Positions 19,817-29,499 of a stretch of DNA of 64,000 nucleotides are shown here, piece by piece (position 1 is the stretch's first letter; each line of letters starts with the position of its first letter). Both the position numbers and the translations under genes were made by a program. A model generated the notes under the pieces. That model saw nothing but the letters and a program-made list of their open reading frames with translations. It searched no databases and had not been told where the DNA came from. This DNA comes from Candidatus Thorarchaeota archaeon. Lineage in GTDB: Archaea; Asgardarchaeota; Thorarchaeia; Thorarchaeales; Thorarchaeaceae. The stretch lies in contig JBHLRP010000008.1 of assembly GCA_048882485.1 (NCBI GenBank), positions 1 to 64,000 on the forward strand, read 5' to 3'.

Positions 19817-21310
19817 ATGTCCCCTCTTTCTGCCGATTTCCTAGCCCTCGAAACTAAGAAGCTTGCAGAAATGCGAAAAGCCGCATGGAATCTTGAATCA
19901 GCCAAACCTGAGCTCATGTATGAAGCAGTCCAGACTCTCACAATGTACAGTGTCAATCGAACTCTTCTTCCATTTGTGATGCATCATTTACTGGCTGATG
20001 ATATCTTTGTGCGGAAGATTCTCTTCAGGACAGCTGGCAGGAATATCTATGGTGAGTATATTCCCGAATTCTTCTCTCATTTGCCAAATCTGCCGCCAGC
20101 AGAGGTAGCTCAAGTACTTCAAAGCGTCAAAGAAGCCTTCAGGGAAAATGGACCCCCATTAGAAAAGCCGGAGTTGAAAAGATGGATTACCGCATTGGAG
20201 AAACTGGGTCGTGAACACCAACCCGGTATCGTTGAGATCATGGCTACACTCGGAAACTATGGATATCGATGGGTAACCAAGCTAATTAGAAATGACCTAG
20301 AGGGCTTGAATATAGGTGCAATTGCTAGCATCAGGGAATTTCCTGAGAAGCATAGGGCTGCAATTGTGCGGCTCCTCTGTGAAGAAGCCTCTCACCGAAA
20401 GCCAGACTTATTGACATACATCGCAGGAGTCACTGATTCAAAAACCGCTAGATTCCTGAAGTCTTTCCTGTCAGCTGGGAATTGGAAAGATCGGAAAGAG
20501 GTTGCTGAAGCTGTGGGTCGTGTGGGAATTACCTCCGCATCGGGTCTTGTGAGAGACCTTCTGAATGATCCTGATTGGAGAGTCAAACAAGCTCTAGCTG
20601 ACAATATCGATGTATCTAAATCAAAGCTTTCAAGCCTACTTAGAATAATGGAGATTCTTGTTGCAGATTCTCACACCAGGGTGAAACGTTCAGCGGGGAG
20701 AACACTACTCAGAATGGGGCTAAAGCCATGTATGGGTGTTAGTCTAAACGCCCAACGCGACAAGCTGATGAAACGATTTAGAGGCCAACTGTTGAAAGCG
20801 GCACCATTGAACAAGGAGATCGATTCAACCTGGTTGGGTGTTGATCTATCCGGAGAGAGTCCCTTCCCATCTAGTGCTCCCGAAGACGCCCCAGATTCAG
20901 CCAAACCGCAACCAGTGGGACTTGGCGATCTTGCATCAGCCTTGTCAACAAGGAAGGCCGAATCTACAAGTCCAGAAAGCGAGGTAGACCTCCGAACAGC
21001 GCTGCTCAAGAAGATGTTGGAGTCTAAAGAATTAGCAGATGCATCTGCGGCAATTGCAGAACCTACAACTAGCGACGCCTCGAAGATAGATCAAGACCTC
21101 CCTCCACCTGCGCGATTCCTAGCACTAATGGATGAACTATCATCGACTCTTGGCAAAGCCCTTCCAGTCATGGTGATGAAGGTAAAGGCTCCGGAAATTG
21201 AGTTATCGTCTGAAGAGTTTGATGAGGTACTTCGTCAGTTAGTGAAAGAAGGCACAGTCTACATGGTTGATGAGGATACTGTACGGCGAGCAGACATAAT
21301 GACCGAATAG
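19817..21310 (+). CDS. HEAT-repeat protein with disordered linker and C-terminal winged helix
   Basis: WKDRKEVAEAVG, LLNDPDWRVKQALA, LVADSHTRVKRSA; terminal EEFDEVLRQLVKEGTVYMVDEDTVR. Confidence 0.8.
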   Translation: MSPLSADFLALETKKLAEMRKAAWNLESAKPELMYEAVQTLTMYSVNRTLLPFVMHHLLADDIFVRKILFRTAGRNIYGEYIPEFFSHLPNLPPAEVAQVLQSVKEAFRENGPPLEKPELKRWITALEKLGREHQPGIVEIMATLGNYGYRWVTKLIRNDLEGLNIGAIASIREFPEKHRAAIVRLLCEEASHRKPDLLTYIAGVTDSKTARFLKSFLSAGNWKDRKEVAEAVGRVGITSASGLVRDLLNDPDWRVKQALADNIDVSKSKLSSLLRIMEILVADSHTRVKRSAGRTLLRMGLKPCMGVSLNAQRDKLMKRFRGQLLKAAPLNKEIDSTWLGVDLSGESPFPSSAPEDAPDSAKPQPVGLGDLASALSTRKAESTSPESEVDLRTALLKKMLESKELADASAAIAEPTTSDASKIDQDLPPPARFLALMDELSSTLGKALPVMVMKVKAPEIELSSEEFDEVLRQLVKEGTVYMVDEDTVRRADIMTE

Positions 21311-21373
21311 ATGGTGCTTGGGTAACACTAATCAGAACTTGGTAGTCTTTACCACAAAGGCGAGGAGAGAAAA

Positions 21374-22696
21374 TTGTCTGAGAGCACATTGATTCAGGAT
21401 GGCCTGGTCGTCACCGGGGACCGCAAAGGCACGATTTATTCAGATGGATATGTAAGAATCGAAGGCAATCAAATTGCTGAGCTAGGAAAGGGCAAGCCGA
21501 AAGGCAAAGCTGACAATGTCATTGATGCTAGGGGATGTGTTGTCATCCCTGGGCTAATCACGGCTCATACGCATCTCTATGGCATTCTTCTACGGGGTGC
21601 AAGTCTCGACATAGACCCTCCCACTGATTTCGCTCAGATACTTCAAAGAGTATGGTGGCCTCTAGATGAGACAATGAATCTTGAGGACGCACATGCTAGT
21701 GCACTCTCAGCCTCTGCGGATATGCTTCGCAATGGCTCAACTTTCTTTGCCGACACCTATTCTGGTCCCAACTCAATTGAAGGTGTGCTAGATAGTGTTG
21801 CTGATGGGTCAAATAGAGTCGGAATGCGGTCCATGCTTGCATTTGAAATGACTGAGCGAGATAGCGTCGAGATTGGTCACAGGGGGCTTGACGAGAATGT
21901 GAGATTCTCAGGGTGCGCGAAATGCGGAGGTCTCGCATCGTTGATGATGAGCATCCATGCATCCTTCACAGTTACCGATGAACTCATCCAAAAAGCAGTT
22001 GAAGAGGCTCGAAGATTGGATGTGCCCATCACGATTCATACTTCTGAGGGCCTTGTAGACCTGTATCACAATTTGGAGCGCTATGGAGAGCGGACAGTAG
22101 AGCGCCTTACAAGACTCGGTGTTCTTGGTCCTAAGACGGTTCTAGCACATTGTGTTCATGTCAATGACAGAGAGCTCGATCTCATTGCTGAACACAAGGC
22201 ATCAGTTGCTCACAATCCGATGTCAAATATGCTGAATGCAGTGGGAACTGCTCCAGTTCCCGGTATGCTGAAGCGAGGAATTCCAGTAGGATTGGGAAAT
22301 GATGGGTGGATATACGATCCTTTTGAAAACATGAGATGTGCCCTGACAGTTCATCGCCTCGAGCATAATGACCCTAGCATCATTGGCCCAGATGATGTGT
22401 TCAGAATGGTTACCCTCGATGGTGCTCGATGTTACGGTCTTGAAGACCAAATCGGAAGTCTAGAAGTGGGCAAGCTGGCTGACATAGCAATTCTGAATGG
22501 TACGCGAGTTCCTACGCCGTTGACTCCTGATTCAGTGATTGGACACCTCATAAACACCTTTGGGGGAAGAGATGTTGCTCATGTATTCGTAGATGGTGTT
22601 CAGGTAGTGAAGGATGGTAAGCTTACACTCATATCAGATGAAGAGGTTTCAGAGGTTTCTCGAGCAGCCAGTGCGAAGCTATGGTCAAGGTTATAG
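21374..22696 (+). CDS. Amidohydrolase (MTA/SAH deaminase / SsnA-like)
   Basis: PGLITAHTHL, IHTSE, LAHCVH, GLGND and GSLEVGKLAD motifs. Confidence 0.9.
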   Translation: MSESTLIQDGLVVTGDRKGTIYSDGYVRIEGNQIAELGKGKPKGKADNVIDARGCVVIPGLITAHTHLYGILLRGASLDIDPPTDFAQILQRVWWPLDETMNLEDAHASALSASADMLRNGSTFFADTYSGPNSIEGVLDSVADGSNRVGMRSMLAFEMTERDSVEIGHRGLDENVRFSGCAKCGGLASLMMSIHASFTVTDELIQKAVEEARRLDVPITIHTSEGLVDLYHNLERYGERTVERLTRLGVLGPKTVLAHCVHVNDRELDLIAEHKASVAHNPMSNMLNAVGTAPVPGMLKRGIPVGLGNDGWIYDPFENMRCALTVHRLEHNDPSIIGPDDVFRMVTLDGARCYGLEDQIGSLEVGKLADIAILNGTRVPTPLTPDSVIGHLINTFGGRDVAHVFVDGVQVVKDGKLTLISDEEVSEVSRAASAKLWSRL

Positions 22697-22742
22697 AGGC
22701 ACCAGATGCAAACCGTTTTCAACTGGTCGTTAGTCGCCAAGA

Positions 22743-23702
22743 GTGGTGCTATCTCTGAATCCCAACTTCACCTTTAATCATCCAATCTTCGATGCACACA
22801 CCCATGGAATCGACCCTGACTCACTCGACCTTTTAGTCAGTATTCAAGAGGGATATGGGATTAAAAAAGCAGTCCTCATCTGCCACAGTCCCGGAATAAT
22901 GGAATATGCCAGAAGCACGTATCCGGGTCGTTTCATCTGCGCCAAGTACTTCTCTGGTGCAATGCGATTCACTGAGGGCCCGCACAATCTTGCTCGAGAG
23001 GTTCTTGCAGCTCCTGAAGAGGGCTATGACCTTGTGAAAATGCAATCAGCTCCAGTAATGAGGGCCCGAGCCAAGGCAGACCCCGGTGAGCTTCGTCTTG
23101 ATGGGGATGAGATGTCACCGATGTTTGAAGCAGTAATTGATGCTGACATTCCATTCATTCTCCATATGTCAGATCCGGATACCTATTACGCTAGTAGATA
23201 CACCGACACTGACTATTTCGGGACTAAGGAGAGAGACCTCGAAGAGCTGGAGGGAGTGCTTTCGAAATATCCAGAGATCAAATTCCAGATAGCTCACTTC
23301 GCGGCTCAACCAGAGATTCACCGTCTGGATAATCTTTCAAGATGGTTCGATTCTTACAGAAATTTCAATATAGACACAAGTTCAGCTAGATGGGTGTCAA
23401 GAGAATTGAGCAAGGATGCGGAGCGGGCGAGCAATTTTCTGGATAAGCATAGTGATCGCATTCAATTTGGGACTGACTGCGTGGCATTCACAGATGATTC
23501 AAGCTACTACAATGGACGTCTTCTTGCTCTCAGACTTCTTCTGGAAAGTTCAGTTCGTAATAGTCCATTGCCCTTTGAGGATGCAGACACAATCAATAGT
23601 GGTGGAACAGCGATAAACGGGCTTTCGCTCGAGATGTCAGCATTGAAGAGGATTTACTGGGACAACGCCCTTAGATTCTTTGACTTATCAGAAATCAAAT
23701 GA
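22743..23702 (+). CDS. Amidohydrolase_2-family metal-dependent hydrolase
   Basis: FDAHTH, ILHMSDP, IAHF, IDTS, FGTD and IYWDNA motifs. Confidence 0.85.
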   Translation: MVLSLNPNFTFNHPIFDAHTHGIDPDSLDLLVSIQEGYGIKKAVLICHSPGIMEYARSTYPGRFICAKYFSGAMRFTEGPHNLAREVLAAPEEGYDLVKMQSAPVMRARAKADPGELRLDGDEMSPMFEAVIDADIPFILHMSDPDTYYASRYTDTDYFGTKERDLEELEGVLSKYPEIKFQIAHFAAQPEIHRLDNLSRWFDSYRNFNIDTSSARWVSRELSKDAERASNFLDKHSDRIQFGTDCVAFTDDSSYYNGRLLALRLLLESSVRNSPLPFEDADTINSGGTAINGLSLEMSALKRIYWDNALRFFDLSEIK

Positions 23703-23732
23703 TATCTATGCTCTCAAGGACTCATACTGAAC

Positions 23733-24293
23733 CTAGTAGGTAACAGATCTAATCCCTGCTTCTCTTGCATTCTGAATCGTATTGAGGCTCTCTCGAACTG
23801 ATCCCATCCCATTCATTCCCGTGGCAATTATGGACTCAACATAATCCATCCCAAGATACCTACAGATTTCCTCAAACATACCCACTGTATGCCGAGCATA
23901 ATGTGAGTTTCCTCCCCCCATTGGAATTGCGAGGATGACTCGCTTACCTTGGAAGGTTGACTGGTCCACACCATACCATCTATCCAGAAATGCCTTGAAT
24001 TGTGCTGTAGGTCCCCACCAGTAAATTGGAGTTCCCAAGACCCAAACGTCACTCTTCTTCATCAACTTAAGAACATGTTTCATGTCGTCGTCCTGTACAC
24101 ACTTCCCTATTGTCTGACATCCATTGCAGGCTTTGCAGGGAGATATGTTGAGGTCTCTGAGGGTGGCCTTTGCAGCTTCGGCTCCAGCTTCCACTGCTCC
24201 AGCCAGGACCTCATCGACCAATGTCTCTGTATTTCCTCCTCTACGAGGGCTCCCCACAATCCCCAGAACATGTTTATAGCCTGAGGTCTCCAT
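23733..24293 (-). CDS. Iron-sulfur flavoprotein / flavodoxin-family protein
   Basis: GSPRRGGNT, CKACNGC..C.QDDDM, GTPIYW and KAFLDR motifs. Confidence 0.9.
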   Translation of the reverse strand: METSGYKHVLGIVGSPRRGGNTETLVDEVLAGAVEAGAEAAKATLRDLNISPCKACNGCQTIGKCVQDDDMKHVLKLMKKSDVWVLGTPIYWWGPTAQFKAFLDRWYGVDQSTFQGKRVILAIPMGGGNSHYARHTVGMFEEICRYLGMDYVESIIATGMNGMGSVRESLNTIQNAREAGIRSVTY

Positions 24294-24317
24294 AGCTCCT
24301 CCTCCACAACTGATGTT

Positions 24318-25259
24318 TCATTTCTCCTTGCGATAGATAAGGAATTTCTCGAAAGCTGTGAACTCGGGTTTCATTCTGACAATTGCTGCCGCTTCTACTC
24401 CATCTGTACTGAATCCGAAACTGGATATAATTGGAACATCAGTCCAACCAGCTTCTTTACAGTCCTTCGCAAGCTCCACCAGAAGTCGCTCCCAAGCATA
24501 GTCGTATCCCGGCTTCAAGGCTCTGAACCTAAGGATTAGTCGCTCACCGTCAGCTGGGATGTTGACGGTTTCGGGGCTGGTTCGTAGAGCGGCTGTTGCT
24601 CCAACAGCCTCATCGCCATCAAACAGAATTATCGGGGCTCTATTTGGGAAGACACGATCCTTGAAGTAGGATACAAACCCCTCTCTATCTGTGAATGCTT
24701 CTCTGAGACGCTCGTCAGCCAAGCACAAGTCAACCAGCTTATCGATATCGTCTTCAGTTGCTTTCCTTGCTTTCAGTTTTGCCGCCTTCCCCTCCACTTC
24801 CTTCTTGGCTGTTTCCTTGACATCAAAATCGACGCTGTACTGGTAGTATGTTTCATGGTCCGTAAATCCGAGTTCCCGGAAGAACTTATCCTGCTTGTCC
24901 TTAATCTTTGAACGAAGGACAATGCCCGTGGTGATTCTGTCGATATCCTCTTTGCTCTTGAGATATTCGAACTGCTCGGTGAAGAGCTTTTTCTGTACTT
25001 CCGGGGGACAATCTGGCATGGTCCAGCAATATCCAATATTCGCCCTACCAGGTTCATCATCAGAAACATTTGAAGTGACATATGCAAGGGGCTTACCATC
25101 TTCCGTCAATGCGTACCTAGTTGCATCTTCGCCGCGTTGGATGTTGCGGTCTCGAATCTGCCAACCCTGAGCTGGAAGACCTGAGGCCTCAGTATAGATC
25201 TGGGCTTGAATATCCTCCAGTCCTTCATCGGCATTCCATTTCTTGTATACAACCTTCAT
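24318..25259 (-). CDS. Tandem GNAT-like hypothetical protein
   Basis: Two GNAT-like halves (DGKPLAY..FFRELGF; RKATEDDIDKL..DEAVG). Start at ATG 25259. Confidence 0.6.
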   Translation of the reverse strand: MKVVYKKWNADEGLEDIQAQIYTEASGLPAQGWQIRDRNIQRGEDATRYALTEDGKPLAYVTSNVSDDEPGRANIGYCWTMPDCPPEVQKKLFTEQFEYLKSKEDIDRITTGIVLRSKIKDKQDKFFRELGFTDHETYYQYSVDFDVKETAKKEVEGKAAKLKARKATEDDIDKLVDLCLADERLREAFTDREGFVSYFKDRVFPNRAPIILFDGDEAVGATAALRTSPETVNIPADGERLILRFRALKPGYDYAWERLLVELAKDCKEAGWTDVPIISSFGFSTDGVEAAAIVRMKPEFTAFEKFLIYRKEK

Positions 25260-25452
25260 TCTACTTCTCCTCTCAACACTATCCGAATCGAATACCGGAA
25301 AAATATGCAGTGTGCATACAAATATTGTATATAATAAACCTTTGCTCTCACAACCATTTGTTCGACAAAATGCGAATTCGCTTAAAACCCATAAATCGGT
25401 AGGATAGATTGATTCTAACAAGTCAGAGGATGAGTGAGATTCTGGCAGATTC

Positions 25453-25752
25453 CTATTTCTTCTTTCGTCTTCTTTTCGGCTTTAGGAACTCCTCCAGTGA
25501 GCTCTGCTGAATTGGCCCAAGCTTCCAACTCTTGCCGTCAGGATTTCTCTCTACAACATTCTCTCGCTCCATATTATGCAGATGATAGAGGATTGTCGCT
25601 GTTGTCACCTCGACACTTTCAGCAATCTCTCCCACGGTTTTCCATTCTTCACTAGCCAGTGTCTGCAGTATCTCAGTTCTACGAGAAAGTCCTCTCTCAA
25701 TATTCCTAATCCAATGAAGGTATGCCCTGCGGTCAAGAGTCAGAGTGTTCAA
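25453..25752 (-). CDS. Winged-helix (ArsR-like) transcriptional regulator with basic tail
   Basis: RRTEILQTL..TVGEIAESVEVTTATILYHLHNMERENVV; ends KPKRRRKKK. Confidence 0.85.
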   Translation of the reverse strand: MNTLTLDRRAYLHWIRNIERGLSRRTEILQTLASEEWKTVGEIAESVEVTTATILYHLHNMERENVVERNPDGKSWKLGPIQQSSLEEFLKPKRRRKKK

Positions 25753-25796
25753 CCCTTCAATAGTTGCACGCAGAACGAAATGTGTGTTTCTCTTCC

Positions 25797-26075
25797 CTAT
25801 TTCCTTGAAAGACCCATTAAATCAAGAAAGGCCGCAGGTTCGCTCCCTTCGGTTATGGGTCTTATCCTGTATTTTGGATACGTGTGACTCAACTTCGCCG
25901 CAATTCTTGTGCCGTAGAGTTTCTTGAACAGCTGAGCTTTGGCTCCTCGCCAAAGATAGATCACTTTCTCATCATGATCAATAAAGACCAGAACCTTATC
26001 AGTTTCAATAGTCGAGGCGCTTGCTTCAGTCTCAGTCATCTTAGCGTCTGAGTCTATTTCAAAGGCCTCTACCAT
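25797..26075 (-). CDS. Single-domain gelsolin-like protein (Asgard ProGel type)
   Basis: Gelsolin-repeat signatures VLVFID..VIYLWRGAKA and ITEGSEPAAFLDLM; 92 aa from ATG 26075. Confidence 0.8.
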   Translation of the reverse strand: MVEAFEIDSDAKMTETEASASTIETDKVLVFIDHDEKVIYLWRGAKAQLFKKLYGTRIAAKLSHTYPKYRIRPITEGSEPAAFLDLMGLSRK

Positions 26076-26222
26076 CAATATCCCTCGCTTGAAGGTTACA
26101 AAGAAGGATGCATTCTCTCTTATGATACTTTTCCAAATGTATTGCATTATTTTTCGGCTATGATTAAGCACGAGCAACCTACAAAAAGGATTCATTCAGT
26201 CATCTTTCCGAGGGTGGAAAGG

Positions 26223-26948
26223 TTGACTGAAGAAATCCCATCACGGGTCAAATTCATTGATAGAGCAAGACGGCGAATCGAGATTCAGATGAATGGTGTT
26301 ACGCTTCAATTCCCCTTGAACGCAGTTCCTGATCCATTATACCTTGCCATGGCAACAGCCTTCGATGGTGATGAGCAGGTGGAGTGCAAGCTCCTGGCGG
26401 CTTACCATGATACAGTGATGAAACCCACACTTTGTTCTTCAGAACCCACCAGTATCTTCAAGGTCACCACAGCAACGAAGATAGTGAGACTCACTCTGAC
26501 TGATGAAGAGATTGAGAATCAGATAGAGGAGATTGAGGGTGAGATTCTATCATTTCAGGGGCGCCCATTTGAAGAAACCATCGATGAGAGAATCGAGTTG
26601 TACAAGAGAATCTATCTTGACGACACAAAGATTGACAGGTTTCGTTTCGGTGCGGCAGAGATGTACGGCGACACAACTTATGGGAACATTAGACAGGATC
26701 CTAGAGTTGTGTTAAACTTTCAATGGTTCAAGCCTGAGGAGAATGTATATCGTGGCTATCAGGTCAACTGCATCGCTGAGATTGTGCTACCAGGAAACCC
26801 CTTTTATCGATTCATGAGGAGCATGAGGTCTTTATTCGTACGGCGTTTCATAGACCTTCGAGCATCAGAATATCCTGCCGCTTACAAGTTCCATGTCTGT
26901 GAGGCACATGACAAGAGCTTGTCTACTAGGCCCGGGTTCGTCCCCTAG
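26223..26948 (+). CDS. Split-barrel flavin-binding (PNPOx-like) hypothetical protein
   Basis: TYGNIRQDPRVVLNF..GYQVNCIAEIV resembles a pyridoxamine-phosphate-oxidase-like barrel. TTG start. Confidence 0.55.
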   Translation: MTEEIPSRVKFIDRARRRIEIQMNGVTLQFPLNAVPDPLYLAMATAFDGDEQVECKLLAAYHDTVMKPTLCSSEPTSIFKVTTATKIVRLTLTDEEIENQIEEIEGEILSFQGRPFEETIDERIELYKRIYLDDTKIDRFRFGAAEMYGDTTYGNIRQDPRVVLNFQWFKPEENVYRGYQVNCIAEIVLPGNPFYRFMRSMRSLFVRRFIDLRASEYPAAYKFHVCEAHDKSLSTRPGFVP

Positions 26949-26952
26949 ACTG

Positions 26953-29496
26953 CTAATAGTTGGTGAGTCGTAGCAATCTCTCTGGGAGTTCTTCAACGGC
27001 ACCTATGTCTAGCACGACGCCGTGTGACTTCTTTGCTAGCTTATCTGCCGCATTCAGGTCGTAGGAACTCTTTGGAACAAGAATAATCATCTTGATGTCC
27101 TGATGCTTGAATTTCTCAGCTAGTCTTTCACATTCAGCTTGGTCGCTTAAGTAGGCGTCAGTGGCGAAAATGAAGATCTTCTCCTTGGCCCGAGTTTCCT
27201 CAAAATTGTTGAGAGCCCACTGCAGTGAAGTCCTTCCTCCGGTGCCCCCACTTGCTCGTACATCCAATAGGTCCGCTGCAACCTTCTCCACTGGTACCTG
27301 ACGCTGGTCAATTCTCTTCACAACGTGCATCACGCTATCAAACAGACACACGCCAAAATCGTCCTTCTGCACCCCATATAACCCAGCCATCACACTGATC
27401 GCAAGCATGCCAAGCTTCTCAGGTGAATGCATAGACCCGCTCTTGTCGAGGGCCCAGACGAAGGAACGGTGTCCTTGATAGGTTTCACAAATCAAAAAGT
27501 CCTCCACATCAAGAATCTTGAAATTGGTGCGACCCTGTGATAAGAGTGAATCAATTGTTTCTTCCAAGTCAATGAGGTCGATGTCGTCACCAATACGGAA
27601 TGGTCTGACAGTAGTTGATTGCTGTATTCCGCCAAGCATTGATGATCCCATTGTTGCTCTAGCGTATCTCTTTCCAAGGTCTATAAGGAGCCTCTTTGCG
27701 ATCTCCTTGAGCCTCTGCTTGATATGGTCTGGAAGAGAGTCTCTATAGGCATACCAAATCTTTACGATATTTGTTGCTGGTCCGCCAAGCAATCCTCCGA
27801 AAACCATGTTAGCCCTTTCATCATCTATGGGTCCAGCTTGTCCAGGACGTCCCCCATAACTAACAGCGCGTCCATATTGCTGTCTTGTACCCATTCCCAT
27901 TGCAGCACCAAAATTCTCATGAGCGATAGCTCCAAGTGCTGACTGATTTCCAGTCTGAGCTGATAGGTCTGCCAGCTCACGAAGTTGATGTTCAGTTAAC
28001 CCAGCCGATGATATGAGGTTGTGAAGTCGCTCAAAGTCTTGTACACCCTGTTCGATAAGCTTCTTGATGACACGATAGGATGGATTGAGCAGCTCCAGAA
28101 TCTCCTCTTCTGTCATGCCTAGTTTCTCGCCAGCTTCCCGTACGGCTTTCTCCGAGGGCACAATACCCTGGCGAGAGAGTTCTCTCACTGTCTTTCTAAG
28201 GTGGGTCTTCGTCGGGGAGCGTTTGACGGCAGCATCAGCTAAATCTTGCTTTGCCGTATCCCATGATTCCTTTGGTTGATGCCCACTCACCTTCTCGTTG
28301 AGTCTTGACATGTCATTGATTTTCTGCCTGAGATAATCTGACGGCGATGACCTAGAATCAGCACGCTCGATGGTTTCTTGGACTTTCTTGTTGAGAAGGC
28401 TCTTCCACGCCTCATTGTTTCTTGCGTTCTCAGCTAGCTGCCGAAAGTCAACATTGGTCGAAGCTCCCTTGTCATATTGCTGGTCATATTGCTCCAGAAT
28501 ATCATCCATTAGATCAGTGTTGTCAGGTGTGTGACTCTTGACAGTATCGGCAAACTCAGCAGCGTCTGCTAGTTGGTATATTTGTGGCGCGCCTTCCAAA
28601 TGCTCAGCAATGTTGTCCGGGAGCCTCTCAAGGTGCCTGACATAGGCTGCCACTTCACTAAGATTACCTAACGACTCTTGAAGCGCCTTACCCATGGCCT
28701 TTCTCTGGGCTTTTGTGCCAGCTTCCATGTCTTCCATGTGTTTTAGGGCACGTGCGGCAGTTGCTGGATCTCTGTCAGCAAGTTCCTTGAACTCCTCGAC
28801 AATTCCTTTGTCTCCACGATGAGCTCTGGCCGCAATGCTTTCCGCTGCGTTTGAAGATTCTGCCACATTGTCCAAGACTCCCAGTGTCTTTGCATCCATG
28901 ATATTCTGTGATGATAAGCTGCCCATATCCTCGAGCAGCTCCGCTGAAGCTTCTCTTCGAAGATCCTCGTCACTTGTAAGCCCACGGAGTACCACATCAC
29001 CCTCGTTCAGGTAATGCATTGCTGCGTCGTATAGCGCAGTATCTTTGCGTTTTCTTAAGTCTTGAAGATACTCAAAGCCTGCCTCAACCTTGTCCTTGTC
29101 GATCTTTTTGGCTAGATCTTGCTCTCTCTTGATCTGTTCCATGACAGCTGATAGAGCATCCTTTTTCACTGTGGAAATTGTCTTGGCTTGCGGTTTGCTA
29201 GGCTGAGGAGCTGATTCTCTTTTTTCCCGACCCAGGATGATGTCTTCTGCAACTATACGTGCGATGGCTTGATCTGATGGATACGTAGTGCGGACGGCCG
29301 CATCTATGAAATCATCCAGTGTTAGTGCTCCGTTTCGAAAGTACCTCGCGGAGAGTATCTGTGGAATCGCTTGAGTTTGCCTCACACTAGGTCTAATCTT
29401 GACATCAGACCTTGCTCTCATCCTCTTCACAAACTCATGTGCAAAGTGTATTGTATTGCTTGGAAGCGGTGATATCCTGGGTTGAGTTTGAGCCAT
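26953..29496 (-). CDS. vWA-domain (CoxE-like) partner of MoxR ATPase
   Basis: DLEETID, MIDAS motif LDKSGSM, GGT and TD; long helical middle region. Confidence 0.88.
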   Translation of the reverse strand: MAQTQPRISPLPSNTIHFAHEFVKRMRARSDVKIRPSVRQTQAIPQILSARYFRNGALTLDDFIDAAVRTTYPSDQAIARIVAEDIILGREKRESAPQPSKPQAKTISTVKKDALSAVMEQIKREQDLAKKIDKDKVEAGFEYLQDLRKRKDTALYDAAMHYLNEGDVVLRGLTSDEDLRREASAELLEDMGSLSSQNIMDAKTLGVLDNVAESSNAAESIAARAHRGDKGIVEEFKELADRDPATAARALKHMEDMEAGTKAQRKAMGKALQESLGNLSEVAAYVRHLERLPDNIAEHLEGAPQIYQLADAAEFADTVKSHTPDNTDLMDDILEQYDQQYDKGASTNVDFRQLAENARNNEAWKSLLNKKVQETIERADSRSSPSDYLRQKINDMSRLNEKVSGHQPKESWDTAKQDLADAAVKRSPTKTHLRKTVRELSRQGIVPSEKAVREAGEKLGMTEEEILELLNPSYRVIKKLIEQGVQDFERLHNLISSAGLTEHQLRELADLSAQTGNQSALGAIAHENFGAAMGMGTRQQYGRAVSYGGRPGQAGPIDDERANMVFGGLLGGPATNIVKIWYAYRDSLPDHIKQRLKEIAKRLLIDLGKRYARATMGSSMLGGIQQSTTVRPFRIGDDIDLIDLEETIDSLLSQGRTNFKILDVEDFLICETYQGHRSFVWALDKSGSMHSPEKLGMLAISVMAGLYGVQKDDFGVCLFDSVMHVVKRIDQRQVPVEKVAADLLDVRASGGTGGRTSLQWALNNFEETRAKEKIFIFATDAYLSDQAECERLAEKFKHQDIKMIILVPKSSYDLNAADKLAKKSHGVVLDIGAVEELPERLLRLTNY

Positions 29497-29499
29497 CGC

